64,000 bases of DNA from Myxococcota bacterium (GTDB lineage: Bacteria > Myxococcota_A > UBA796 > SXON01). Below are positions 27,001 to 35,386 of this stretch, piece by piece (within the stretch, counting starts at the first letter, position 1; the number at the start of each line of letters is the position of its first letter). Position numbers and translations under genes: made by a program. The notes under the pieces were generated by a model. The model was not told the DNA's origin and made no database searches. It saw only the letters and a list, made by a program, of their open reading frames with translations. The DNA is taken from NCBI GenBank assembly GCA_049322475.1, contig JBMOQZ010000316.1:918-64917 (forward strand), written 5' to 3'.

Positions 27001-27458
27001 TCGCGTTCCCGCGCGGCAAGCTCTGCCTCGCCGACTACTTCGGCGAGCGCGACGTCGTCGGGCTCATGGCGGTGACCGTCGGCCAGCGCGCCAGCGACGA
27101 GGCGCGCGCGCTCTTCGAGCAGAACCGGTACACCGACTACCTGTACCTCCACGGCTTCGGCGTGGAGGTGGCGGAGGCGCTCGCGGAGTTCACGCACCGC
27201 CAGATGCGCGCGGAATTGGGCCTCGCCGGCGAGGACGCGCGCGACATCCCGGACCTCTTCCACAAGAAGTACCGCGGCTGCCGCTACGCGTACGGGTACC
27301 CCGCGTGCCCCGACATGGCCGACCAGCGCCACCTGCTGCGCCTGCTGGGCGCCGAGCGCGTGGGCATCGAGATGGACGCCGACGAGCAGCTCCACCCCGA
27401 GCAGAGCACCTGCGCGATCGTGGTGCACCACCCGCAGGCCCGCTACTTCCGCGTGTGA
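24090..27458 (+). CDS. metH: Cobalamin-dependent methionine synthase
   Basis: ATG 24090 (MSTFLDAL) lies in the frame of track ORF 24057..27458. It has the Hcy S-methyltransferase domain, the pterin-binding domain, the B12-binding DxHxxG (GDVHDIGKN) and the C-terminal activation domain (YGYPACPD). Confidence 0.95.
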   Translation: MSTFLDALADRVLIFDGGMGTQLQGFNLPLSDYNGLENCSEVLNFTRPDVVGTIHRRYFEVGADIVETNSFGGAPWVLAEFGLAEECVRINRVAAEIAREAAHAFTTEARPRFVAGSIGPGTRLPSLGHIAWDEMFAGYRLQVRGLVEGGADVLLVETCQDLLQTKCALAAIYAELEALGRKVPVMAQVTMETTGTMLLGSDIATAVTVLEPYPVDLVGLNCATGPQEMAAHVAYLGRHTTRRISVLPNAGLPQLVDGKTRYPLSPEELADWHERFTTQDGVGAVGGCCGTTPDHIRAVAARILGKKPKVRHPELVPSVASLYGTVPLRQQADIFAVGERTNANGSRQFKRMLDAQDWDGMVGMGKQQVKHGSHAIDVCTAYVGRDEVRDMDELVRRMVTSVHGPLVIDSTEVPVLEAALKRIGGKAIVNSINLEDGEERLDRVCQLCRRHGAAVIALTIDEVGMAKEPARKLEIARRIHDLAVNRHGMSPDDILFDPLTFTICTGNEDDRKLGLWTLEGIRLIAEHFPRCGILLGLSNISFGLNPHARHVLNSVYLHHAREAGLTAAIVHADKITPLFKIPEEQRVVCEDLIFDRRREGYDPLQALLALFADVKKDDTVKPKAASVEARLKDRIVDGERPGIEADLDEALQRYSPLAVINDILLDGMKVVGELFGSGQMQLPFVLQSAETMKAAVAYLQPFMEKSEGPAKGTMVLATVRGDVHDIGKNLVDIILTNNGYRVVNIGIKQPIDQILKAAQEHGADAIGMSGLLVKSTVIMKENLEEMRRQGWTTPVVLGGAALTRGYVEADCSQSYGRKVAYAKDAFSGLQFMEGLSKWDDTLAPVLDEGPKSAPARGERPIPYDERDGEPVRPVDAPTPPFWGSRLVEVPLKALIPFVNEDVLFKFQWGFLRKNLTVEEHREQLRTVAKPILVELADRCAREGILQPRATYGWFRCRRDGDALVLEDGTRLAFPRGKLCLADYFGERDVVGLMAVTVGQRASDEARALFEQNRYTDYLYLHGFGVEVAEALAEFTHRQMRAELGLAGEDARDIPDLFHKKYRGCRYAYGYPACPDMADQRHLLRLLGAERVGIEMDADEQLHPEQSTCAIVVHHPQARYFRV

Positions 27459-27467
27459 ACCGGGCCT

Positions 27468-28361
27468 TCACCGCGCCCCCAGCACCCCTCCCAGGTCCCC
27501 CGCCACGCACCGTGCGAGCGCGCCGGCGCCCGCCCGCGTGAGGTGGAGGTCGTCACGGACGTAGAAGGGCTCGTTGAATCCCTGCTCCGCGGCCGCCACG
27601 CAGGCGCGCGGGTCGAGGAAGGGAACGCCCGCGGCCCTGGCGCCGGAGGCCACTGCGTCGTCGACGAGCGCGGTCAGCCAGGAGCCCTCCGGCTTGCCCG
27701 GATCGGGCCGCGCGGGCACCGGGTAGGCGAGCGCCACGTAGGTCGCGTCGCGCCCCTTCGCCGCCTCCGCGCCCGCGCGCACGCCCGCGCGCACCGCGTC
27801 GACGCACCGGCTCACGCGCGGGTCCGTGTCCGGCGGGCGCGCCACGCGCACCGGGCCCGCGCGCGCGATGCGCCGCACGGCCTGGACCAAGAGCCGGTAG
27901 CTCCGGGAACCCCAAAGGAGCTGCGAGGCCCGCTCCACAGCAAACCCGCGCTCGGCCACGTCCACGCCTGCGCGGAGGCGTACGCAGTCGTTGAAGCCCG
28001 CGAGGGAGAGCACCACCGCCGGGCCGGGCACCCGCGCGAGCCCCTCCGCGATCCGCGCGGCGACTTGCACCCCGCTGCTCCCGGGCCGCGCCAGGTTGAC
28101 GACGGCGACACCCCGCTCCTCGGCCGCGGGGAGCCCGGCGAGCAGTGCCGGCCAGGCGTCGTCGGGGTCGCCGGGGAAGCCGGCCGTCACGGAGTCGCCC
28201 GCGCACACGAGCGTGAGCGCGGCGCCCACGGGCACCTCCACCCCGGCGCGCGCGCGGGCCTCGAGGAGCCGGTGGACCACGGCCAAACACCCCTCGAGCA
28301 GCCCGAGCGCGAGCGCCGTCGTGAGCGACGCGAATGCGATGCGCCGGAGCGACCGTTGCAT
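27468..28361 (-). CDS. SGNH/GDSL-family hydrolase, secreted
   Basis: There is a signal peptide, block I CAGDSVTAG, and block V DDLHLT (DxxH). Confidence 0.8.
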   Translation of the reverse strand: MQRSLRRIAFASLTTALALGLLEGCLAVVHRLLEARARAGVEVPVGAALTLVCAGDSVTAGFPGDPDDAWPALLAGLPAAEERGVAVVNLARPGSSGVQVAARIAEGLARVPGPAVVLSLAGFNDCVRLRAGVDVAERGFAVERASQLLWGSRSYRLLVQAVRRIARAGPVRVARPPDTDPRVSRCVDAVRAGVRAGAEAAKGRDATYVALAYPVPARPDPGKPEGSWLTALVDDAVASGARAAGVPFLDPRACVAAAEQGFNEPFYVRDDLHLTRAGAGALARCVAGDLGGVLGAR

Positions 28362-28430
28362 ACTGCGATTATGGCAGGCGCCGGTCCCCGGGCGCGCCGC
28401 AAACCCTCCCGTCCCCGCGCGGCGCCCGGG

Positions 28431-29297
28431 TCAGCTCTCGACGGGCTCGCCCCCGTTCGGGTGCAGCACCTGGCCCGTCATGAACGTGCTCTCCGGCCCG
28501 GCGAGGAACACGAAGCACGGCGCGATCTCGGCCGGCTGGGCGGGGCGGTGGTGCAGCGGCGAGTCCGCGCCGAACTCGGCGACGTGCTGCGGGTCGAAGG
28601 TCGACGGGACGAGCGGGGTCCACACCGGGCCGGGCGCGACCGCGTTCACGCGGATCCGCTTCGGCGCGAGCTGGGCGGCGAGCGACCGCGTGAACGTCAC
28701 GATGGCCCCCTTCGTGGAGGCGTAGTCCACGAGGTGCCAGCTCCCGCGGTAGGCCGTCACGGAGGTGGTGTTGATGATCGCGCTGCCCGGGCCGAGGTGG
28801 TCGAGCGCCGCCTTCGTGACGTAGAAATAGCCGAAGATGTTGGTTCGGAAGGTGCGCTCGAGCTGCTCCTTCGTGATGTCGCGCAGATCCTTCGCCTCGT
28901 GGTGCTCGGCAGCGTTGTTCACGACGACGTCGAGCCGCCCGAGGTCGTTGACGCACAACGTGACGGCGCGGTTGCAGAACGCCTCGTCGCCGACGTCGCC
29001 CGCGACGAGGACACAACGCCGCCCCTCGGCCTCGACCAGCCGCTTGGTCTCCATCGCGTCGGCGTGCTCGTTCAGGTAGAGGCAGCACACGTCGGCGCCC
29101 TCGCGCGCGAAGAGCACGCAGACGGAGCGGCCGATGCCGCTGTCGCCGCCCGTCACCAGCGCCACCTTGCCGTCGAGCTTGCCGGTGCCCCGGTACCACG
29201 CGGGGACCGTGACCGGCGCGGGCCGCATCTCCTCCTGCAGGCCGGGCTGGGTGCTCTGGAACTGCGGTGGTTGCGGCTTCTTTTCTTCCTTCAGCAT
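28431..29297 (-). CDS. SDR-family oxidoreductase (YghA/YhdF-like)
   Basis: Motifs: TGGDSGIGR, NNAA, YASTK (YxxxK). It has the typical approximately 45-aa N-terminal extension of this subgroup. Confidence 0.9.
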   Translation of the reverse strand: MLKEEKKPQPPQFQSTQPGLQEEMRPAPVTVPAWYRGTGKLDGKVALVTGGDSGIGRSVCVLFAREGADVCCLYLNEHADAMETKRLVEAEGRRCVLVAGDVGDEAFCNRAVTLCVNDLGRLDVVVNNAAEHHEAKDLRDITKEQLERTFRTNIFGYFYVTKAALDHLGPGSAIINTTSVTAYRGSWHLVDYASTKGAIVTFTRSLAAQLAPKRIRVNAVAPGPVWTPLVPSTFDPQHVAEFGADSPLHHRPAQPAEIAPCFVFLAGPESTFMTGQVLHPNGGEPVES

Positions 29298-29310
29298 CCC
29301 CAGACGCTAA

Positions 29311-30771
29311 TCACGACAGCCCCTCGCCCACGTCGTCCATCACGTCGTCGCGATGGGCGACGCTCTCGCCCATCCAGTTGTACTCGCCGAAGCCGGCGAC
29401 GCCGTCCTTCTCGCGGGCGGCCACGTAGTGATCGCGCCAGTCGTTCGCGGACTTCGCGCTCTGCCCCTTCGCCCGACCGCCCAGCACGGAGTACTTGCTC
29501 GTGCCACGGAAACCCGGGGTCATCCCTGCCACGTAATTGGCGGCCACCTTCTTCCCGGCGCTCCCGTACGTCCCCACCTTGTCCACGGCCGCGTCGGCCC
29601 GCGCCGCGGCCTTCTCCGCGCCCGCCTTGCCGCCCGAGAAGCCCGGGTACTCCTCGCCGACGACGTGCTGCGCGCACTCGCCGAGGGTCCTCCAGAAGCT
29701 CTTCATCTCGCCCTTGTTCCCGAGATCCGCCAGCGCCTCGAAGTGGGCCACGTGGACGACCCCCTTCATGAGCTTGTCCTCGTGCTCCGGACGGCCCTTG
29801 GCGAGGCCCACGATGCAGCCGCGCAGGAACTCGCGCATGACCGCGCAGGTGCCGCCGGCCTCCTTCGACGCGAAGGGCCACACCTCGTCGAACTGCCAAC
29901 TGTCGACGCCGATCCCCTTCTCGTTGGCCTCGCGGATCTTGTCGCGGAACCGGCGACCCAATTCGAGGCCCCACCGATAGGCCTGGTACTGCGCGTTCTT
30001 GATCTTCCCCTTCTTCTTCTGGTCGAGGATCTCGCCGATGGTCGGGATCTTCCCGGCGTAGGCCTTGCTCCCCTTCGCGTCGTCGTCCCGGCCGGCGTAG
30101 GTCGCGGCGTTCTTGCTGCGGACCGCCGCGAAGAGCGGCGCGTACTTCCCGTCGACGCCCTTCGCGCCGTGGATGGCGTCCGCGGTGGACTTGTTGATGC
30201 CGTAGCTTCCCATGTAGACCGGCGTGTCCTTCGGGAGGTCGGCCTTCTCGACCGCGTCGACGAGCTTCTCCTGGTCCTTCGTCTCGAAGTAGCCGAGCAC
30301 GACCGACTTCTTCTTCGTCTTCTTCGTGGCGTGTTTCTCGCCGCCCCCGACGGTCTTCCCCTTGCCGACGAGCGCCTCCGCGGACCTGCCGCGCTCGACC
30401 TGGTCGGCGATCTGCTCGGCGTGGTCCTCGGCGCCTCGGCCGCCGTCGCTGGCGAGCCCCTTGTGCTGCAGCACGTGCGCGGCCTCGTGGGCGGCCACGT
30501 GCAACGAGGGCGCGTCGCTCGCGAAGTGCGCCGTGTCGCCGATCGTGAACGCCTCGGCGTTGCGCGTCGCGCAGCCCTCGGGGTCCACCACGGCGCGGCC
30601 GGCGAGCGCCATGCCGAGCAGGCGCTCGATCGCCGCGCGGTGCGGGAACTCGCGGAGGGGCTGGGGCCGCCGGGCGTCGAGGCGCGCGGCGTTCCCGCGG
30701 TCGGCGGCGGGGGAGACCTGCGGGGCCGCGGGCGCCTGGGAGGAGCGGGGCGCGTGCTGGCGTGCGAGCAT
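29311..30771 (-). CDS. DUF4157 (HExxH metallopeptidase-like) domain protein with an unrecognised Lys-rich approximately 380-aa C-terminal region
   Basis: ATG 30771 lies within track ORF 29311..31611. The N-terminal pattern is AFTIGDTAHFASDAP...HVAAHEAAHVLQH. The gene is visibly less GC-rich than its surroundings. Confidence 0.75.
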   Translation of the reverse strand: MLARQHAPRSSQAPAAPQVSPAADRGNAARLDARRPQPLREFPHRAAIERLLGMALAGRAVVDPEGCATRNAEAFTIGDTAHFASDAPSLHVAAHEAAHVLQHKGLASDGGRGAEDHAEQIADQVERGRSAEALVGKGKTVGGGEKHATKKTKKKSVVLGYFETKDQEKLVDAVEKADLPKDTPVYMGSYGINKSTADAIHGAKGVDGKYAPLFAAVRSKNAATYAGRDDDAKGSKAYAGKIPTIGEILDQKKKGKIKNAQYQAYRWGLELGRRFRDKIREANEKGIGVDSWQFDEVWPFASKEAGGTCAVMREFLRGCIVGLAKGRPEHEDKLMKGVVHVAHFEALADLGNKGEMKSFWRTLGECAQHVVGEEYPGFSGGKAGAEKAAARADAAVDKVGTYGSAGKKVAANYVAGMTPGFRGTSKYSVLGGRAKGQSAKSANDWRDHYVAAREKDGVAGFGEYNWMGESVAHRDDVMDDVGEGLS

Positions 30772-30872
30772 GGCCGCCACTTTAGCAAAGCGCGTGCCGT
30801 CGCTGCGATCCGCACGACGACGAGCTCTCGGAGGCGCGTGGGTCGCCCGCGCCCCGGGGCGCGTGCGGACGC

Positions 30873-33800
30873 TCAGTCGCGGAGGAAGGCCTCGACGGCG
30901 AGGGCCTCCGCCTCGCGCCCGAGGACGCGCCACTGGGACAACGCGAGCTCGGCGCACGCGCGCGCGAGCCGACGGTCGTCCGTGCCCTCGGCGGCCATCG
31001 CGGCGAAGCGGGCGATCTCGGGGTCGTTGGCGCCGCTCTTCTCGAGGTCCTCGTGGACGCGGGCGAGGGTCGCGGTCGCGCCGGCCACGTCGCCCGTCCG
31101 GGCGGACGCGGCGAGCAGCGAGGCGTTCAGCGGCAGCGAGAACCAGGGCCCGGGCGACGGCCCCAGCGCCGCGAGGCTGCGCCGCAGCTCGGGGAGCGCG
31201 CCGGCGGCGTCGCCGGACTCGAGGCGCAGCACGGCGAAGTGCCACTCCGCGATCACGGTGAGCGAGGGGTGGTCGAGCTGCCGCGCGACCTCCAGCGCGG
31301 CGCGGTAGTGGCGCTCCGCGTCGGCGAGCCGGCCGTCGAAGCGGAAGGCGTCGCCGAGCGACATCGAGGCGTTCACGAACATCCGCCGGTGCCCGCCGGC
31401 GGCGAAGGCGTCGGCCGCCTTGCCCAGCCACACCCGCGCCTCGGCGTGGCGACCGCGGAGCACCAGCGTCATGCCGCGCACGAAGCGGGCGCGATCGCCG
31501 GTGTAGGCGTCGCCCGCGGCACGCGCCCACGCCGACACGGCATCGAGGCGCGCGTCGGCGCCCTCGTAGTCGCCGGTGCGGGCGAGCATCGCCGCGAGGT
31601 TGGGCCGGCACTGCGCGAGCCCCGCGAGGTCGCCGCCGGCCTCGAGCACGCCCTCCGCGTGGGACAGGTGGGCGATCGCGTCGCGCCAGCTCGTGACGCG
31701 CAGCGCGAGCGCCCGCGTGACGAGCGCGCGCCCGCGCAACGCGACCCAGCCCTCAGCGAGCGCGACGTCGGCGACCTCGGCGGCGATCCGCCCCGCGTCC
31801 GCCGGCCGCCCCGTCGCCTGCGCGACCTCCGCGGCGCGCACGCGCACCTCCGCGCTCACCCGCGCGTCGCCGAGCGCCTCGGCGAGCCCCTCCGCCTCGC
31901 CGAGGATCGCCTGCGCGGCGGCGAGCTCCGACCGCGACACGAGGTCGTCGAGGCCGCGCAGCAGCGAGGGGATGGCGCGCTCGGCCTCGCCCGCGCGCGC
32001 GAGGTGGCGGCCGAGGCGCACGGGGTCCTTCGCCGGCCGCGCCTCGAGCACCGCCGCGCACGCCGCGTGGTGGGACAACCAGCGCCCGGCCTCGCGCGCG
32101 CGCCGCTCGAGGCACTCGCGCAACATGGCGTGCGCGAACGAGAAGCCGCCGTCCCGCTCGGGCCGCGCGAGGCGCCGCTCCGCGAGGGCGTCGGCGAGCC
32201 CCGCGGTCGGACGGATCCCGCGCGCCTCGCACACGGCCGCCCACTCCCGCGCGTCGACGCTGCCGCCCAGCGCGGCCGCGAGCTCGAGCGCGACGCCGTC
32301 GCCCTCGGGCCGGCCGAGGAGCGCGCGGGCGACCGCGTCGCTCCACACGGCGTGCAGGTCGTCGGGCAAGGGCCCGGTGCCGACGCGGACGAACCCGTGC
32401 TCGCCGGGGGCGAGGCGGCCGCGGGCGACCCAGTCGCCGACGAGGTGGACGGCGAACAGCGGGTTGCCGGCGGTGCGGTGCACGACCTCGGCCGCGAGCG
32501 AGGGCTCCAGCGCGAGCAGCTGCCGCACCAGCGCGGCGTGGTCGCCCTCGGGGAGCGGCCCGAGCGCGAGCGCGTCGGCGTCGGGGCTGGCGAGGACGCG
32601 GGCGAGCGCGTGGGCCTCGGCCGGGCGCGTCGCCAGCGCCTCCTCCTGGGCGGTCAGCACGAACAGGACCGGCATCGGCGCGCCGAGCAGCGCGGCGCAG
32701 CACAACAGGGCGTCGAGGCCCCACTGGACGTCCTCGAGGCGGACCACCAGCGGGCGGCGGCCGGCCATCGCGGCGAGCGCGCGGCGGACGACGACGTAGC
32801 GCTCCGAGGGCGCGGCGAAGCGCACGGCGGCGTCGTCCGGGGTGAGGAGCGCGCAGACGGCGTCGGGGTCCGGGAGCCGGCCGATCCCGGGGAGGTCGTC
32901 GCCCACCCGCGCGCGCAGCGCGCTCCCGGCGAGCCGCTCGACGCGGAGGTGGCGCGCGAGCATGGGGCCGACGCCGTCGCGGGCGCCGCCGAGCGCCTCG
33001 TGTGTGGCGACGAGGTGCGCGGCGAGGCCGGCCTCGTCGGCGCGCTCGCCAACCCAGGCCGCGAGCCGGGACTTGCCGCAGCCGGACGGACCGCGGATCA
33101 CGACCGCGCGGGCACGCCCCTCGCGCGTGACGCGGGCCAGCGCGCGCTGGAGGCGGTCGCGCTCGGCGTCGCGGCCGGTGAAGGGGGGCGTGCGGAGGCC
33201 GAAGAGCCGGAGGCCGGCGCCGACGAGCAGCGGGGGAGGGGCGGGCGAGGCCCTGCCCTCGGCCGTCATCTCAGGCAGCCTGGCGTCCGCGGCGCAGGCG
33301 GGGCGGTCGGCGGGCTCCTTCTCGAGCAGGCGGCGCAGCCAGGGCTCGACCTCCGGCGGGACGGGCACGCGCGGCCGGAAGGGCGGCGGCTCGCGCCAGA
33401 GGTGGCTCGCCGCGGCGCGCACGCCGTCGACGAGCCCGAAGGGGGGCGAGCCGGTGAGGACCGCCCAGATCGTGCAGCCGAGCGCGTAGAGATCCGTCCA
33501 GGGGCCCTGGTCCGCCGAGCGGTTCTGCACCTGCTCGGGCGCCATGTAGGACGGCGTGCCGACGGCGAACCCCTCCTTCGTCGCGTGGTCGCGCAGGCGC
33601 GCGATGCCGAAGTCGGCGAGGCGCCAGCGCCCGTCGGCCCCGCGCAGCACGTTGCCGGGCTTCAGATCGCGGTGGATCACCCCGCGGGCGTGGGCGTGGG
33701 CGAGCGCGTCGAGCACGGCGCCGGCGGCGTCGCGGACGCCGGGCCAGTCGATCGTGGCGGCGGCCTGGCCGAGGGTGCCGCCCTCGCAGAGCTCCATCGC

Positions 33801-34040
33801 CATCCAGGGCGCGCCCGCGGCGGTCTCGCCGTGGTCGAGCACGCGGACGACGCCGGGGTGATCCAGCGCGGCGGCGGCCCGGACCTCGCGGCGGAAGGCC
33901 TCGCCGAGCGCGGCGTCGCCGGGGTCGCGCAGGACCTTCACCGCGACGAGGGCGCCTCCGGCGTGACGCGCGCGCCAGACCTCGCCGGCGCCGCCGCGGC
34001 CGATGCGTTGCAGCAGCGTGAAGGAGCCGAGGGTGGGCAA
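30873..34040 (-). CDS. Ser/Thr protein kinase fused to a P-loop NTPase (STAND-like) and TPR-like repeats
   Basis: Hanks kinase motifs GRGGAGEVW, VAVK, HRDLKPGN, DFG, APE. The Walker A is GPSGCGKSRLA. The C-terminus is a long helical repeat region. TTG start at 34040, 4 nt after the upstream stop. Confidence 0.9.
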   Translation of the reverse strand: MPTLGSFTLLQRIGRGGAGEVWRARHAGGALVAVKVLRDPGDAALGEAFRREVRAAAALDHPGVVRVLDHGETAAGAPWMAMELCEGGTLGQAAATIDWPGVRDAAGAVLDALAHAHARGVIHRDLKPGNVLRGADGRWRLADFGIARLRDHATKEGFAVGTPSYMAPEQVQNRSADQGPWTDLYALGCTIWAVLTGSPPFGLVDGVRAAASHLWREPPPFRPRVPVPPEVEPWLRRLLEKEPADRPACAADARLPEMTAEGRASPAPPPLLVGAGLRLFGLRTPPFTGRDAERDRLQRALARVTREGRARAVVIRGPSGCGKSRLAAWVGERADEAGLAAHLVATHEALGGARDGVGPMLARHLRVERLAGSALRARVGDDLPGIGRLPDPDAVCALLTPDDAAVRFAAPSERYVVVRRALAAMAGRRPLVVRLEDVQWGLDALLCCAALLGAPMPVLFVLTAQEEALATRPAEAHALARVLASPDADALALGPLPEGDHAALVRQLLALEPSLAAEVVHRTAGNPLFAVHLVGDWVARGRLAPGEHGFVRVGTGPLPDDLHAVWSDAVARALLGRPEGDGVALELAAALGGSVDAREWAAVCEARGIRPTAGLADALAERRLARPERDGGFSFAHAMLRECLERRAREAGRWLSHHAACAAVLEARPAKDPVRLGRHLARAGEAERAIPSLLRGLDDLVSRSELAAAQAILGEAEGLAEALGDARVSAEVRVRAAEVAQATGRPADAGRIAAEVADVALAEGWVALRGRALVTRALALRVTSWRDAIAHLSHAEGVLEAGGDLAGLAQCRPNLAAMLARTGDYEGADARLDAVSAWARAAGDAYTGDRARFVRGMTLVLRGRHAEARVWLGKAADAFAAGGHRRMFVNASMSLGDAFRFDGRLADAERHYRAALEVARQLDHPSLTVIAEWHFAVLRLESGDAAGALPELRRSLAALGPSPGPWFSLPLNASLLAASARTGDVAGATATLARVHEDLEKSGANDPEIARFAAMAAEGTDDRRLARACAELALSQWRVLGREAEALAVEAFLRD

Positions 34041-34044
34041 GGGA

Positions 34045-35358
34045 TCAGTCGCAGGCGTACTCGGTCACCTGCAACGCGTCGATCAGGTGCCAGTTGGTCT
34101 GGCCGCCCGTGCCCGCGGTGAAGCCGACGTACGCGGGGAAGTCGTAGTAGCCGGCGATGTCCTGGTCCACGTACGTGACGCCGTCGAGCGCGATGAGGAC
34201 ATGGGGCGCCACCACCGTGACGGAGAGGCTGTGCCAGCCGGTGTCCTCGAGCTCGGGGACCTCGGCGTACACCTCGTAGCCGTCGACGTCGCCGTCGAAG
34301 GTGAAGGCGAGGTGGTCGGCCTCGGAGCGGTCGGCCTCGCTGTTGTAGTAGGTGTCGATCTCCACCGACCAGCCGGGGAGCGCGGGGCCGAGGGTGCAGG
34401 CGGCGTCGCCGCCGTAGCCGATGCCACAGCCGGTGCCTCCGAGGTACGACGTCATGCGCGCGGTGTCGAGCGCGGTGAGCGAGATGCCGTCGGCCCCGGT
34501 GCCGCCGCCCACGTAGAACAGGAACTCGATGGAGACGTTGGCGCCGCTCACCGGCGTGCTGGTCTCGAAGGCGGTGCCGACGGCGTCGGTGCGGGCGTCG
34601 GTGAGCACGAGGTACGCGTTGGTCGTGTCGTAGTAGGCCATGCCCTCGTAGTGCCAGCCCGTCAGCGCCAGCGAGTCGTAGGTCGTCGCGGCGTCCTGGC
34701 ACACGGCGACCGAGGTGGATCCGGTCTCGCCGCAGGAGTCGGTGACGGTGAGCGTGACGGTGTTGTCGCCGGCCGAGCGCGTGGAGGCGGCCCAGGTGGC
34801 CGACGTGGAGCCGTCGGGCTCGCCCGCGCCGCTGGCGATGACGCCGTTCGCGGACGACCACTCGACGGCGAGCGCCGTGGGCGGATCGACGTCGTCGGAC
34901 ACGGTGCCGGCGAGCGTCACGTCGGCCCCCTCGGCGAGCACGTCGGCGTCGGCGGGGGCGGTGATCGCCGCCACCGGCGCCACGTTCGCGTACGCCGACA
35001 GGGGCACGCGCAGCTCGGGCTCCTCGGGGTCGTCGCTCGTGACGATCAGCGTGGCCTCGCCGGTGCGCCCGTGCACGACCACCTCGGTGGAATCGCCGGC
35101 CTCGAGCTGAAACGGCACGACGACCTCGTCGAGCACCCAGCCGTCGCCGCGCACCTCCACGCCGGACACCTCGAGGACGCCGTCGCCGTCGTTGGTGATG
35201 GTCACGACCTGGTCGTACACCGAGCAGTGCCCCGTCGACGCGACGGCGTCGGGCGTGGCCACCACGCTCGGGTGCGCGGCCTCGGGGGTCTTCTTCTCGC
35301 CTTCGAGCCCGTACTCGGAGCAGCCGGAGACGAGGCAGGCGGGGAGGAGGAGGCGCAT
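34045..35358 (-). CDS. Lipoprotein with Ig-like domains and a C-terminal concanavalin-A/legume-lectin-like domain
   Basis: ATG 35358 (MRLLLPACLVSGC lipobox) lies within track ORF 34045..35583. The C-terminal region (GISLTALD...ADHLAFTFD...GWHSLSV) looks lectin/LamG-like by eye. Confidence 0.65.
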   Translation of the reverse strand: MRLLLPACLVSGCSEYGLEGEKKTPEAAHPSVVATPDAVASTGHCSVYDQVVTITNDGDGVLEVSGVEVRGDGWVLDEVVVPFQLEAGDSTEVVVHGRTGEATLIVTSDDPEEPELRVPLSAYANVAPVAAITAPADADVLAEGADVTLAGTVSDDVDPPTALAVEWSSANGVIASGAGEPDGSTSATWAASTRSAGDNTVTLTVTDSCGETGSTSVAVCQDAATTYDSLALTGWHYEGMAYYDTTNAYLVLTDARTDAVGTAFETSTPVSGANVSIEFLFYVGGGTGADGISLTALDTARMTSYLGGTGCGIGYGGDAACTLGPALPGWSVEIDTYYNSEADRSEADHLAFTFDGDVDGYEVYAEVPELEDTGWHSLSVTVVAPHVLIALDGVTYVDQDIAGYYDFPAYVGFTAGTGGQTNWHLIDALQVTEYACD

Positions 35359-35386
35359 GGCCCGGTGGTTATACCCCGGACCTCCC

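Noticed and set aside
23862-27431. 1189-aa minus-strand ORF and 1028-aa plus-strand ORF (23741..26827) overlapping metH
   Set aside because: metH in its own frame (24090..27458) has every expected domain motif. The competing frames are Arg/Pro/Gly-rich and motif-free, and the start of 23741..26827 is simply a translation of the REP-52 array.
29311-31611. Long version (766 aa) of the DUF4157 gene, and the long versions of the pbpC (14421..17543), GNAT (22301..23122) and lectin lipoprotein (34045..35583) ORFs
   Set aside because: The N-terminal extensions overlap the 3' part of the upstream, well-supported gene in another frame and are Arg/Pro-rich. Internal starts give proteins beginning at the expected family N-terminus or signal peptide.
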